NCBI GenBank assembly: GCA_041641295.1
Contig: JBEPYO010000001.1
Span: forward strand, 64,001-128,000
DNA: 64,000 nucleotides
Reading direction: 5' to 3'
Source: Nitrososphaerota archaeon
GTDB lineage: Archaea > Thermoproteota > Nitrososphaeria_A > Caldarchaeales > Calditenuaceae
A program made the position numbers and the translations under genes. Below are positions 1 through 9,710 of this stretch, piece after piece. Every line of letters starts with the position of its first letter. The first letter of the stretch is position 1. The notes beneath the pieces were generated by a model. That model made no database searches and was not told the origin of the DNA. It saw nothing but the letters and a program-made list of their open reading frames with translations.

Positions 1-817
1 AAGCCCCTATATTTACGGCAACCTCTTCAATTTCAGCCTCCTCGACAACCATAACCAGCACCCTCTTTTTCACATACCATCCCAAAAGCCTAGGGGAGAC
101 TGGTCTTACAATCTCTTCAACGCTCCTATCCACTAGGCCCAGCTCCTTCGAAAATCTGTTCGAGATTTCGAGGAAATTAGCTAGGCTTGGGTTTTTCAGG
201 AACTCTCTATAGGACCGTTCTCCAGCCTCCATTATCTTCTCGTGATGTGTTGTGAGTAGGCTCTCGGTGGACAGTCTTCCGAGCTCGGAGGTCACTATCG
301 CTATCTTATCACTTATCCTGATGTTCTCGACCTCGCCCACACCAGGCCCTCCGGGCCGCTTCCTCAAGACAAGCCCTACCCCATCCCAGATGGCGAGAAC
401 GTCTCCCAACCCAGTCTTACACCTCACCTCAGAGACATGAGCCTTCATCGCTGCTTCACCCGCACTCATCTTCCCGGCCAAGGCGTAGCAGGCAGCTACC
501 GCCAAGCCTGAGGCGGCGCTGAAGGCATATCCAGCCCCTGGGAGACAGTTTCCGCTTAAATGCACTGAGGAGCCTCCTCCCATCTCGTTATAGATCTCCA
601 GTGCTGGTCCCCAGCTTATAGGCTCACTGTTGAACCATACCCCCTCTCCTTCACTCACAACGCATTTCAAGCCAGGACGTATGACTAAGCCTGCGCCAAG
701 TGAGCCTGTCAACTCCCAGCTCTCCCTGTAGACAGGGTAGAAAAAGCCTGTCAAGTGGAGGGGGACCTCAAACTCGAAGCCATCTCCACGACTGCGGTAT
801 CTAGCTTTGTGTCTCAC
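1..817 (-). CDS. Pantoate kinase (GHMP kinase family), 3' end runs off the window
   Basis: Manual translation from GTG at 817: ...FEVPLHLTGFFYPV..ELTGSLGAGL...GYAFSAASGLA...AHVSEVRCKTGLGDV, typical of archaeal PoK. Not in the ORF track. Confidence 0.8.
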   Translation of the reverse strand, partial: MRHKARYRSRGDGFEFEVPLHLTGFFYPVYRESWELTGSLGAGLVIRPGLKCVVSEGEGVWFNSEPISWGPALEIYNEMGGGSSVHLSGNCLPGAGYAFSAASGLAVAACYALAGKMSAGEAAMKAHVSEVRCKTGLGDVLAIWDGVGLVLRKRPGGPGVGEVENIRISDKIAIVTSELGRLSTESLLTTHHEKIMEAGERSYREFLKNPSLANFLEISNRFSKELGLVDRSVEEIVRPVSPRLLGWYVKKRVLVMVVEEAEIEEVAVNIGA

Positions 818-904
818 TCCATAGCCAGGTGTTGCGGGTAAATATTCACGTTTTTGCAAGGGTTCCTTAACATTTATTTAGAATGGGCGTAGAGTGTTTG
901 TCGC

Positions 905-3208
905 ATGGTCAGGATTAGGAAGACCCGGGCCGAGATTGAGGGGCGGTGGAGAGAAGAGTTTGTAGTGGAAGAGGAGGAGAAGATAACCCCCTGGCCCTCT
1001 GGAGCGAGTTTTAGATACATTGGTGGGCGGGTGAAGACGGTAGATGGTGTCGCAAAGGTTACTGGAGCGGCGACATACACAGTAGATGTCTCCCTCAAGG
1101 GCATGCTCGTGGGGAAATTCTTGAGATGCCCCTACCCCCACGCCCGAATCATCCACATAGACACCTCGGATGCGGAGAGAATTAAAGGGGTTAGGGCAGT
1201 GTTCACCCATTTGAACACGCCGAAAATACCCTTCTACGGAGGCGCTTCCACCGTCTTCAACAATGTCCTGAAATTCCAGGGTGAAGAGGTTGCCTTTGTC
1301 GTAGCCGAAGACGAGGGTATAGCTGAGGACGCGCTCGAGGCGATAGTTGTGGATTACGAGAGGCTGCCTTTTGTTGTCGACCCCTTAGAGGCTTTGAGAG
1401 AGGATGCGCCAAAAGTCCACAGCGAGGGTAACGTATTCCGAGGCGGCCCGTCGAGGGTTGTGAGAGGCAACCCTTCTCAAGGGTTTGAGGATGCAGACTT
1501 GGTCCTAGAGGAAACATTTAGGACAAGCGCGGCCTTACACAACTCTCTTGAGACACACTCGACAGTAGCCTATTGGACCACTGCAGGCCTAACGGTCTGG
1601 GAGTCCACCCAAGCGGTGAACAACGTGAGGCAGCGGCTGAGCCAGATATTCTCAATCCCGCTCTCAAAGGTGAGAGTGATATGCGAGTATATGGGTGGTG
1701 GTTTCGGCGCGAAGTTTGACCCGGGAAAACACACAATCATGGCTGCCCTTGCCTCAAAACAGACGGGGAGGCCCGTGAAGGTTGTTCTTTCGAGGAGCGA
1801 GGAGAATCTATCCGCGGGCTGCAGGGCCCAGACGATACAGAAGGTTAAGGCTGGGTTTAAGAGGGATGGAAGGATCTCAGCCATGCGGCTGGAGGCCATC
1901 ATTAATCTGGGTGCATATGCCGAGTGGGTTCCACTTGTATCCGGACCTTACAGGATGTTATACCAAATACCCAATCTTGAGACTATAGAGTGGGGAGTCT
2001 ATACCAACACCACACCTCACACCGCCATGAGGGCGCCCGGGTTCACAGAGGGTATCTTCGGGCTAGAGTCGGTGATGGATATGGCTGCTGAGGAGCTGGG
2101 ATTAGACCCGCTCGAAATAAGGCTTAGAAACTACGCCGAAAGGGAGCCTGAGAGCGGTGTGAACTACACGTCAAAGGGATTGAGGGATGCTTACCTGATA
2201 GGGGCGGAGCTGTTTGGATGGGACTATGCAAGGTCGGTTAGAAGGGAGAATAACAGGGTTCGGGCAGTAGGCATGGCTAGTGTGGTCTGGTGGGGAGGCG
2301 GTGGACCGCCAGCATATGCTGAGGTTAAGCTCAACAGGGACGGCACAGTCCAGGTCTTGACATCGACTCAGGATATAGGCACTGGGACAAGGACGATACT
2401 AGCCCAGATAGTGGCAGAAGAACTCTCGGTGCCAATTGAGCGTGTCCAAGTGGTGATCGGCGATACTTCACTGGAGCTCTTCTCACCAGGGAGTGGTGGG
2501 AGTGGGACCCTCGCCTCCATGGGTCCTGCAGTGAGGGCTGCTGCAATAGATGCGCGAAACCAACTCCTAGATATAGCCTCACAGTTTCTGGACGCTCCGA
2601 GAGAGATACTTGAACTGAGGGATGGCGTGATAAGGACAAAGGAGGGTGAAAAGTCGATACCGCTTGAGGAACTCCTAGCACAGTTGGGAGATTTCACACT
2701 AGTTGGTAAGGGTGCGAGGGGGCCTAATCCTGATGGATATGCTATTGAGACATTCGCGGCTCAGTTCGCCGAGGTTGAGGTGGATTTAGAGACGGGGTCT
2801 GTTAGGGTTTTGAGGGTTGTTTCAGCCCACGATTCTGGGAGAATCATCAATAGGCTTACGGCGGAGGGGCAGGTGATTGGTGGGGTAGTCCAGGGATTAG
2901 GATACGCCCTCCTAGAGCAGAGGCTTGTCGACCCATCCACTGGTACTGTAGTCAATCCTAACCTGCTAGACTATCTCCTCCCCTCAAGCCTCGAGACGCC
3001 GGAGGTTACAGCAGTTTTCGTCGAGCCGCTGGACACTCAGGCTAACAACTTGGGTGCTAAGGGTCTTGGTGAGCCTCCAATAATAGGAATGGCAGCAGCC
3101 ATTGCAAATGCTGTCTCGAGAGCGTTGGGGGTCAGGATTACAGAGCTACCTATAACTTCAGAAAAAGTAGCGGAGGCTGTGAGGAAGGCTAAGGAGAAGG
3201 CGAGGTAA
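905..3208 (+). CDS. Xanthine dehydrogenase/CoxL family molybdopterin-binding large subunit
   Basis: AKVTGAATY, GGGFGAK, AMRAPG, QDIGTG, GAKGLGEPP motifs. Confidence 0.92.
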   Translation: MVRIRKTRAEIEGRWREEFVVEEEEKITPWPSGASFRYIGGRVKTVDGVAKVTGAATYTVDVSLKGMLVGKFLRCPYPHARIIHIDTSDAERIKGVRAVFTHLNTPKIPFYGGASTVFNNVLKFQGEEVAFVVAEDEGIAEDALEAIVVDYERLPFVVDPLEALREDAPKVHSEGNVFRGGPSRVVRGNPSQGFEDADLVLEETFRTSAALHNSLETHSTVAYWTTAGLTVWESTQAVNNVRQRLSQIFSIPLSKVRVICEYMGGGFGAKFDPGKHTIMAALASKQTGRPVKVVLSRSEENLSAGCRAQTIQKVKAGFKRDGRISAMRLEAIINLGAYAEWVPLVSGPYRMLYQIPNLETIEWGVYTNTTPHTAMRAPGFTEGIFGLESVMDMAAEELGLDPLEIRLRNYAEREPESGVNYTSKGLRDAYLIGAELFGWDYARSVRRENNRVRAVGMASVVWWGGGGPPAYAEVKLNRDGTVQVLTSTQDIGTGTRTILAQIVAEELSVPIERVQVVIGDTSLELFSPGSGGSGTLASMGPAVRAAAIDARNQLLDIASQFLDAPREILELRDGVIRTKEGEKSIPLEELLAQLGDFTLVGKGARGPNPDGYAIETFAAQFAEVEVDLETGSVRVLRVVSAHDSGRIINRLTAEGQVIGGVVQGLGYALLEQRLVDPSTGTVVNPNLLDYLLPSSLETPEVTAVFVEPLDTQANNLGAKGLGEPPIIGMAAAIANAVSRALGVRITELPITSEKVAEAVRKAKEKAR

Positions 3209-3214
3209 ACAAGT

Positions 3215-3904
3215 TTAAGCCCGCGATACTATCCGTCTACAATTCATGATCAGCTCATTAATCGCGTCGAACGCCTTCCCACCATCCTCGGTGGCCACGA
3301 ATATTATGGTATCCTTGTAACAGCTTATTACTTCCTCGACATTTATCTCCCTGTGGGCAAGCCACTCCAATATATGCGAGACTACACCGTGGGTCTTCTC
3401 TATGATGGAGGGGCTTACGATTACTAGGGCTGCAATACTACCGGACTCGCCGATGATGAGGGAGCGTGGAAACTCGCTTCTAATCTCTTCCAGCTTCTCT
3501 TGACTGCATATCAAGGTTATGGATGTTATTCCGTCGAGCAGTTGGAAGAACCCCCTGACCCTAATAGCAAGGTCGCGGGCGATCCTCAGGGTGGTCCTGT
3601 TACGTTTCAGTATAATCTTGGCCAAACCCGTCTTGGCCTCCAGCTTGCTTCTCGCTATGACTTGGGCTGTGGCCAATCTCCTCCCATGAAACCGGCCTCT
3701 AACCCGTTTTAGCGCCGTCACGATGGTGGAGTGCTTGACTTCCTGACCGAGTAGGGCGTCTAAAGTCGGTTTTAGGAGCTTCGCAAGGGCAGAGAGGTTA
3801 GCGTACCCGCCGTCCAATGCCGACTTATAGCCCTTTTCCAAACCGATTAGGTAGCGGACAGCCCTACTCACAGACCAGTCCCGGTACAATCCCTGCCCCA
3901 ACAT
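3215..3904 (-). CDS. Archaeal ACT-domain protein with N-terminal helical/HTH-like region, probable amino-acid-sensing regulator
   Basis: C-terminal ACT-like SPSIIEKTHGVVSHILEWLAHREINVEEVISCYKDT; N-terminal ANLSALAKLL. Confidence 0.7.
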   Translation of the reverse strand: MLGQGLYRDWSVSRAVRYLIGLEKGYKSALDGGYANLSALAKLLKPTLDALLGQEVKHSTIVTALKRVRGRFHGRRLATAQVIARSKLEAKTGLAKIILKRNRTTLRIARDLAIRVRGFFQLLDGITSITLICSQEKLEEIRSEFPRSLIIGESGSIAALVIVSPSIIEKTHGVVSHILEWLAHREINVEEVISCYKDTIIFVATEDGGKAFDAINELIMNCRRIVSRA

Positions 3905-3931
3905 GACCGAAACCGGTCAATAAGTATATAC
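3904..3931. promoter_or_regulatory. Inverted repeat TGACCG-N4-CGGTCA next to a TATA element in the divergent ACT/carA promoter
   Basis: Perfect 6-bp inverted repeat at 3904-3919, followed by AAGTATATAC at 3922-3931. Confidence 0.45.
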
Positions 3932-3967
3932 CCTGAAGCATCACATGTCTAATATCATAGAGACCAA

Positions 3968-5101
3968 ATGGATGAATGCTTGGATGGGCTCGTGAAGCGC
4001 ATCGCGGGCGCCTATGTCGCCGCCCTTGCCCTCGAGGATGGCACCTTCATTGTCGGCAAAGGCTTCGGCGCTCTTGGGGAAAGAAATGGAGAAGTTGTAT
4101 TTAGCACTGCAATGAATGGCTACACCGAATCCCTGACAGACCCCTCCTACGTGGGTCAGATACTCATACTCACCTATCCTCTGATTGGGAATTATGGCGT
4201 ACCACCTGACTTCGAGTCGGACGGAATAAAGATTGAGGCATTGGTTGTGTCGCAGGCGACTGAGCCGAGCCACCCGCGTTCAATGAAGTCTCTTAGCGAC
4301 TGGCTCAAAGAGAACTCAGTCCCAGGAATAATGGATGTTGATACGAGGATGCTGGTTCAGCAGATAAGAGAGATGGGCGTTATGGGCGGCGCAGTACAGG
4401 TAGCCGAATCGCTTGAGGATATTAGCCGTGAGAAATTAATAAGAAAGGCGCGAGAAGTTGACTACGACTCCCTCGTCTTCGAATACTCTGCCTACAAGGA
4501 GCCCACGATTTTTAACGAAGGAAAAAGCTCAACGATAGTTGTAGTTGACTATGGCGTTAAGGACGGGATAATAAACAGGCTTATGGGGCTGGGATACAGG
4601 GTTGTTGTCGTCCCGGGAAGGCTTGGGTCGGATGCCGTCTTCTCCTACAACCCGAAGGGAATTGTAATCAGTAACGGTCCCGGGAACCCAGCAAATATGC
4701 ATCACGCTATCAGGCTTGTTAAAGAGGTTATAGAGAGCGGAACTCCAACTCTTGGCGTATGTTTAGGGCACCAGCTAATTGCTCTGGCCCTAGGTGCCGA
4801 GACCTACAAGATGAAATACGGTCATAGAGGGATAAACAAGGCCTGCAGAGACCTCGTCACGGGAAAGCGAGTAATAACCCTGCAGAATCACGGCTATGCT
4901 GTTTCTGAGGAGAGCCTCTCTGGGACAGGTCTCAAGCCCTGGTTCGTCGACTGCGATGATGGTACAATTGAGGGCCTCATTCACGAGTCCCTGCCAGTGA
5001 TTTCTGTACAGTTTCACCCGGAGGGGAGGCCGGGGCCAAGGGATGCTAACTATGTTTTCGAATTCTTCGAGAAGATGGTGAGAAGAAATGGAGACAGTTA
5101 G
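3968..5101 (+). CDS. carA: Carbamoyl-phosphate synthase small subunit
   Basis: GYTESLTDPSY, SNGPGNP, GVCLGHQ, QFHPE glutaminase triad motifs. Confidence 0.97.
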   Translation: MDECLDGLVKRIAGAYVAALALEDGTFIVGKGFGALGERNGEVVFSTAMNGYTESLTDPSYVGQILILTYPLIGNYGVPPDFESDGIKIEALVVSQATEPSHPRSMKSLSDWLKENSVPGIMDVDTRMLVQQIREMGVMGGAVQVAESLEDISREKLIRKAREVDYDSLVFEYSAYKEPTIFNEGKSSTIVVVDYGVKDGIINRLMGLGYRVVVVPGRLGSDAVFSYNPKGIVISNGPGNPANMHHAIRLVKEVIESGTPTLGVCLGHQLIALALGAETYKMKYGHRGINKACRDLVTGKRVITLQNHGYAVSEESLSGTGLKPWFVDCDDGTIEGLIHESLPVISVQFHPEGRPGPRDANYVFEFFEKMVRRNGDS

Positions 5102-8100
5102 AAAGGTCCTTCTAATAGGCTCCGGCGGAATTAAAATCGCAGAGGCTGCCGAGTTCGACTACAGTGGAAGCCAAGCGTTAAAGGCGCTCAAGGGCGAGGG
5201 AATAACTACAATCCTCGTCAACCCCAACATAGCCACAATCCAGACCACACACCTCCTCGCAGACCGAGTATACCTGACCCCAATCACTGTAGAGTATCTG
5301 GAGAAGATAATTGAGAGGGAGCAGCCCGACGGTATTATGGTAGGCTTCGGCGGCCAGAGCGCCCTCAGCGCAGGCGTCCAGCTCTACCGGAAGGGAGTGC
5401 TGGACAAGTATGGTGTAAAAGTCTTGGGCACTCCTATAGAAGGGATTGAAGCGGCATTAACTCGGTCAATATTCCGTGAAACAATGCTTAAGGCTGGCCT
5501 CCCAGTACCACCATCAAAGCCTGCAAACAGCATTAAAGAAGCGGTGGCGGCGGCGGATGAGGTTGGATACCCGGTAATAGTTCGTGTAAGCTTTAACTTG
5601 GGCGGTAGGGGGTCCTTCGTAGCGTATAGGAGAGAGGAGCTGGAAGCAAAGCTTACTAGGGCATTCTCCCACAGCATAGTTGGTAATGTACTGGTTGAGA
5701 AGTACTTGGAGAAGTGGAAGGAGATAGAGTATGAGGTGATGAGGGATAGGGCTGGTAATATGGTGGCGGTTGCCTGTCTTGAGAACATCGACCCAATGGG
5801 TGTTCACACGGGCGAGTCGCTAGTCGTGGCACCCAGCCAAACATTGACGGACAGCGAATACCAGACACTCAGATCAGCCTCCTTTGGGGTCGCATCTGCG
5901 ATAAAGCTGGTGGGTGAGTGTAACGTCCAGCTTGCACTCCAGCAGATGACAGGAGAATACTATGTGATAGAGACAAACCCCCGTATGTCGCGGAGCAGCG
6001 CGCTGGCGAGTAAGGCAACAGGCTACCCCCTCGCATACATAGCTGCAAAACTATGCCTTGGATACCTACTCGACGAGCTACTCAACATGATTACGGGGAG
6101 CACTACGGCATTCTTCGAGCCAAGCCTTGACTATGTCGTGTTGAAGGCACCCCGCTGGGACCTAGACAAGTTCTGGCCAAGAGACGAGATCTTGGGTTCA
6201 GAGATGATGAGCATAGGGGAAGTGATGGCTATTGGCAGAAACATGGAGGAGGTCTACCAGAAGGCTTTCAGGATGCTAGACATTGGAGTTTTGGGACTGG
6301 TTGACAACGACACATTCACTCCTGAGGACCTATCAGCAGTCATGGAGCGGCTCAAACAGTTTAGACCCTACTGGCTCCGGGACGTTGCTAAAGCCCTATA
6401 CCTCGGTGCGACGATTGATCAGATATCCAGTATAACCGGTGTTGACAAGTTCTTCCTCAAACCCGTGGAGAAAATAGTCAACATTGCCAAACTCATTAGA
6501 AAGGCCGACTCACTCAAGCAGGAGTCTAGGGAAGTCCTCTTTAGAGAGGCTCTGAAGGCAGGATTTACTGCAGAACAGATAGCCGCAATTTCTGGGAAGA
6601 GATATGAGGAGGTTAAGGAGGCCTTTCGGACTAATGGCTGGAATCCTTGGCTCAAGAATATCGATACCCTGGCCGGTGAGAAGCCCGCAGTAACCAACTA
6701 CTCCTACACAACATATTCGGGGATGACTCACGACGTCTTAAGTCAGGGCCCTGACGGCCTACTCCTCGTGCTTGGCGCCGGGTGCTTCAGGATTGGAGTG
6801 TCTGTGGAGTTTGACTGGGGCACTGTTAACATTTACAAGAATTTGAAGGAAATGGGAAAGCGTGCGGCCATAATAAATTACAATCCCGAGACAGTCTCTA
6901 CGGACTGGGACATAGTCGACTTCCTCATAAACTCCGAGCTCACCCCGGAGGCAATACAGGATATAGCTTCGATACAGAGCTGCGGCGGCGTAATTATCTC
7001 ATCGGCGGGGCAGATAGGGAACAACGTCGCGGAAGAGTTGGACAGGAGGGGTGTACCAATCCTAGGGAGCCAGCCCTCTTCTGTCGGGCGTGCGGAGAAC
7101 CGCTCGAAATTTAGCAAGCTCCTAGAGGAGCTCGGAATAAAGCAGCCGCGCTGGGCCACAGTCACAGACTTGGCGAGACTCCCCAAGATAGCGGAGGAGG
7201 TCGGATACCCAGTCATCCTGCGCCCCAGCTACATCCTCAGCGGGACATCCGTCTTCATAGCCTATGACGAAGACGAGCTGAAAGACCTCATGGGAAAACT
7301 CTCAAGACATACCGACAAACCCGTAGTTGTTAGCCACTTCATCGAAGACGCGGTGGAGGCTGAGGTTGACTGTATCTCAGACGGCTCTGAAGTGCTTATG
7401 CTTCCAATGGATCACGTAGAATATGCGGGTGTCCATAGCGGCGACGCGACAATTTCCATCCCGCCCTATAGGACCAGTGAGAGGACGTTAGCCAAGATAG
7501 CGGAATATACAGGCCTAATCGCGAATGCCCTCCAAGTTAAGGGGCCATTCAACATACAGTACCTAGTCAAAGACGGCGAAGTCTATGTGATCGAGTGTAA
7601 TCTGAGGTGCAGCCGTTCAATGCCCTTTAGCAGCAAAGTCTACAACATAGACCTTCTGGGCTATGGGACTAGGTGCATACTTGGTGAGAGACTATCTCTT
7701 ACCGACGATAGATTGGAGGAGATATCTGACAGGGTGTTTGCGCCACTGCAGCTTATCTGGGGAGTGAAGTCTCCGCAGTTCTCGTGGGCACAGATCCGGG
7801 GGTCATACCCGTTCTTGGGCCCCGAAATGAGGAGTACTGGTGAAGTTGCCGCGCTTGGGCTTGAGTTCCACGAGGCCCTGCTCAAGAGCTGGCTCTCCGC
7901 CACACCTAACACAATTCCTCCGAAAGATACACCTATACTTATCTACCCAGACTCGCAGAGGACTACGCCTCGGCTAAAGTCGGTGGCCGAGGTATTGAGA
8001 GAGGCTGGCTACGAGGTTTTAACTCTGGAGGAGTCGCCTATTCCGGGTGTTCCGGAGATTCGGGGAGAGACTGCTGTGAAGGCAATTAGGATGAGGCGGA

Positions 8101-8351
8101 TCGGCATGCTGATCAGCTCCGGGTACATACCCCAGATAGACTATGACGTAAGGCGGGCTGCGGTCGACCATAACATACCTGTCATTCTTAACGCCGAGCT
8201 AGCCCTGGAGATTTCAAAGGCATTAAAGAGGCTATCCGATGAGACACTGAAGCTGACCGTCATGGAGCTGGGAGAGCTTTGGGAGATTAACCGCCAAAGA
8301 ATCTTACCCCTCCTACTTGAGCGCAGGAGGGATACAGAGGTCCTCAAATAG
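5088..8351 (+). CDS. carB: Carbamoyl-phosphate synthase large subunit
   Basis: IAEAAEFDYSGSQA, GVHTGES, ETNPRMSRSSALASKATGYP; duplicated ATP-grasp domains. Confidence 0.97.
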   Translation: METVRKVLLIGSGGIKIAEAAEFDYSGSQALKALKGEGITTILVNPNIATIQTTHLLADRVYLTPITVEYLEKIIEREQPDGIMVGFGGQSALSAGVQLYRKGVLDKYGVKVLGTPIEGIEAALTRSIFRETMLKAGLPVPPSKPANSIKEAVAAADEVGYPVIVRVSFNLGGRGSFVAYRREELEAKLTRAFSHSIVGNVLVEKYLEKWKEIEYEVMRDRAGNMVAVACLENIDPMGVHTGESLVVAPSQTLTDSEYQTLRSASFGVASAIKLVGECNVQLALQQMTGEYYVIETNPRMSRSSALASKATGYPLAYIAAKLCLGYLLDELLNMITGSTTAFFEPSLDYVVLKAPRWDLDKFWPRDEILGSEMMSIGEVMAIGRNMEEVYQKAFRMLDIGVLGLVDNDTFTPEDLSAVMERLKQFRPYWLRDVAKALYLGATIDQISSITGVDKFFLKPVEKIVNIAKLIRKADSLKQESREVLFREALKAGFTAEQIAAISGKRYEEVKEAFRTNGWNPWLKNIDTLAGEKPAVTNYSYTTYSGMTHDVLSQGPDGLLLVLGAGCFRIGVSVEFDWGTVNIYKNLKEMGKRAAIINYNPETVSTDWDIVDFLINSELTPEAIQDIASIQSCGGVIISSAGQIGNNVAEELDRRGVPILGSQPSSVGRAENRSKFSKLLEELGIKQPRWATVTDLARLPKIAEEVGYPVILRPSYILSGTSVFIAYDEDELKDLMGKLSRHTDKPVVVSHFIEDAVEAEVDCISDGSEVLMLPMDHVEYAGVHSGDATISIPPYRTSERTLAKIAEYTGLIANALQVKGPFNIQYLVKDGEVYVIECNLRCSRSMPFSSKVYNIDLLGYGTRCILGERLSLTDDRLEEISDRVFAPLQLIWGVKSPQFSWAQIRGSYPFLGPEMRSTGEVAALGLEFHEALLKSWLSATPNTIPPKDTPILIYPDSQRTTPRLKSVAEVLREAGYEVLTLEESPIPGVPEIRGETAVKAIRMRRIGMLISSGYIPQIDYDVRRAAVDHNIPVILNAELALEISKALKRLSDETLKLTVMELGELWEINRQRILPLLLERRRDTEVLK

Positions 8352-8375
8352 TATTTATCAAGCGGCTAACAGGCC

Positions 8376-8804
8376 GTGATTGATATGGTTGAGCGGACAT
8401 TCATCATGTTGAAGCCCAGTGCGGTCTCGAGGGGGTTGGTTGGAAGCATCATTTCTCGGTTCGAGGCGAAGGGGCTGAGGATAGCCGCTCTCAAACTCGT
8501 GAGAGTTAAGAGAGAGATGGCTGAGAAACTCTACGCCGTCCACTTCGGAAAACCATTCTACCAATCGCTCATAGACTCAATCAGTGGTAAAGATGTCGTT
8601 GTGGCTATACTCGAGGGTAGGAGCGCCATCGAGGTTGTGAGGCTCATGATAGGGGCGACTGACCCTGTAAAGGCAAGTCCGGGGACAATCCGCGGCGACT
8701 ACGGCCTAGACATAACAAACAACATAATACACGCCTCCGACAGTCCAGACTCATACGAATATGAGCACAGGATATTCTTCTCCCAAGAAGAGATTCTCGA
8801 CTAG
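8376..8804 (+). CDS. ndk: Nucleoside diphosphate kinase
   Basis: ERTFIMLKP, PGTIRGDYG, NIIHASDS. Confidence 0.97.
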   Translation: MIDMVERTFIMLKPSAVSRGLVGSIISRFEAKGLRIAALKLVRVKREMAEKLYAVHFGKPFYQSLIDSISGKDVVVAILEGRSAIEVVRLMIGATDPVKASPGTIRGDYGLDITNNIIHASDSPDSYEYEHRIFFSQEEILD

Positions 8805-8996
8805 CTAGGCCCGCCTCTCCTTACCGTAATAGGCAGTCCACTTAATCTTTCTCGGATCCTTCTTGTGCTTCGTCATGTAGACGAAGCACCTCCTGCTGCA
8901 AAACCAGTTGAGAGCCCCATCCCTACGCACCAACAATAGGCCCGTGCCGTGGACAAAACTCCTCCCGCAAAAGCTGCATGTATGCATGGTAGGCAC
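8805..8996 (-). CDS. rpl24e: 50S ribosomal protein L24e
   Basis: CSFCG...FCSRRC...PRKIKWT; GTG start at 8996 after a GGAGGG SD. Confidence 0.93.
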   Translation of the reverse strand: MPTMHTCSFCGRSFVHGTGLLLVRRDGALNWFCSRRCFVYMTKHKKDPRKIKWTAYYGKERRA

Positions 8997-9007
8997 GCAC
9001 CCTCCCC

Positions 9008-9211
9008 TCACTTAATCTTCTCGGCTTCCCTCTCAGTGTCCATCAATATCAAGACGTCTCCAATCCGCACGGGCCCCTTCACATTCCTCGTAATCACTCT
9101 TCCAGCATCGGGGCCCTCGAGTATCCGGACCCTAACCTGAGTAACATCACCCCTAACGCCTGTCCTCCCGACGACCTGCTCCACAACCGCAGGGACTCCT
9201 TGGCTGCTCAT
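9008..9211 (-). CDS. rps28e: 30S ribosomal protein S28e
   Basis: [12 protein letters not shown]...[11 protein letters not shown]...TEREA. Confidence 0.96.
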   Translation of the reverse strand: MSSQGVPAVVEQVVGRTGVRGDVTQVRVRILEGPDAGRVITRNVKGPVRIGDVLILMDTEREAEKIK

Positions 9212-9246
9212 GGCTTCTTAGCCAGCCTCAAAGAATAGGGTAGAAA

Positions 9247-9639
9247 CTATTTAACGCTAACCTGCCGCCTAATCGTCTCGAGCTGCTTCAGAATCTCCTC
9301 AAAATATGTCTTGGCCTCCCCGACATCTATTATCGAGACCGAGCTGGCAGAGACCTCGAGCCCCGCAGCCCTTCCTAGGTCCTCCTTCTTAGGAACATAG
9401 ATGTATGGTATCTTCTTCTCTTCGCAGAGGGACGGTAGGAAGGCGACGATCTCGGGTGGGTCAACATTTTCAGCTATGACAACCAGCTTGGCCTGTCCCC
9501 GCTCAATCGACTTGATAACCTCGTTCACGCCCTTCCTGATCTTTCCAGTCTCTCTAGCCATCTTCACTATCTCGAGTGTTGCGTTAGCCAGCTCTGGCGG
9601 CGTCTTAAACTTGACAAAGAAGCTTAGCTCGGGTGTCAT
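9247..9639 (-). CDS. rpl7ae: Ribosomal protein L7Ae (K-turn binding)
   Basis: [32 protein letters not shown]. Confidence 0.96.
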   Translation of the reverse strand: MTPELSFFVKFKTPPELANATLEIVKMARETGKIRKGVNEVIKSIERGQAKLVVIAENVDPPEIVAFLPSLCEEKKIPYIYVPKKEDLGRAAGLEVSASSVSIIDVGEAKTYFEEILKQLETIRRQVSVK

Positions 9640-9710
9640 TGCTAAGCACCGGTGAACTTATCAGTCTGGCGCATGATATATATTTGTTTCCTGCGGCGTG
9701 TCTCTGGGAT

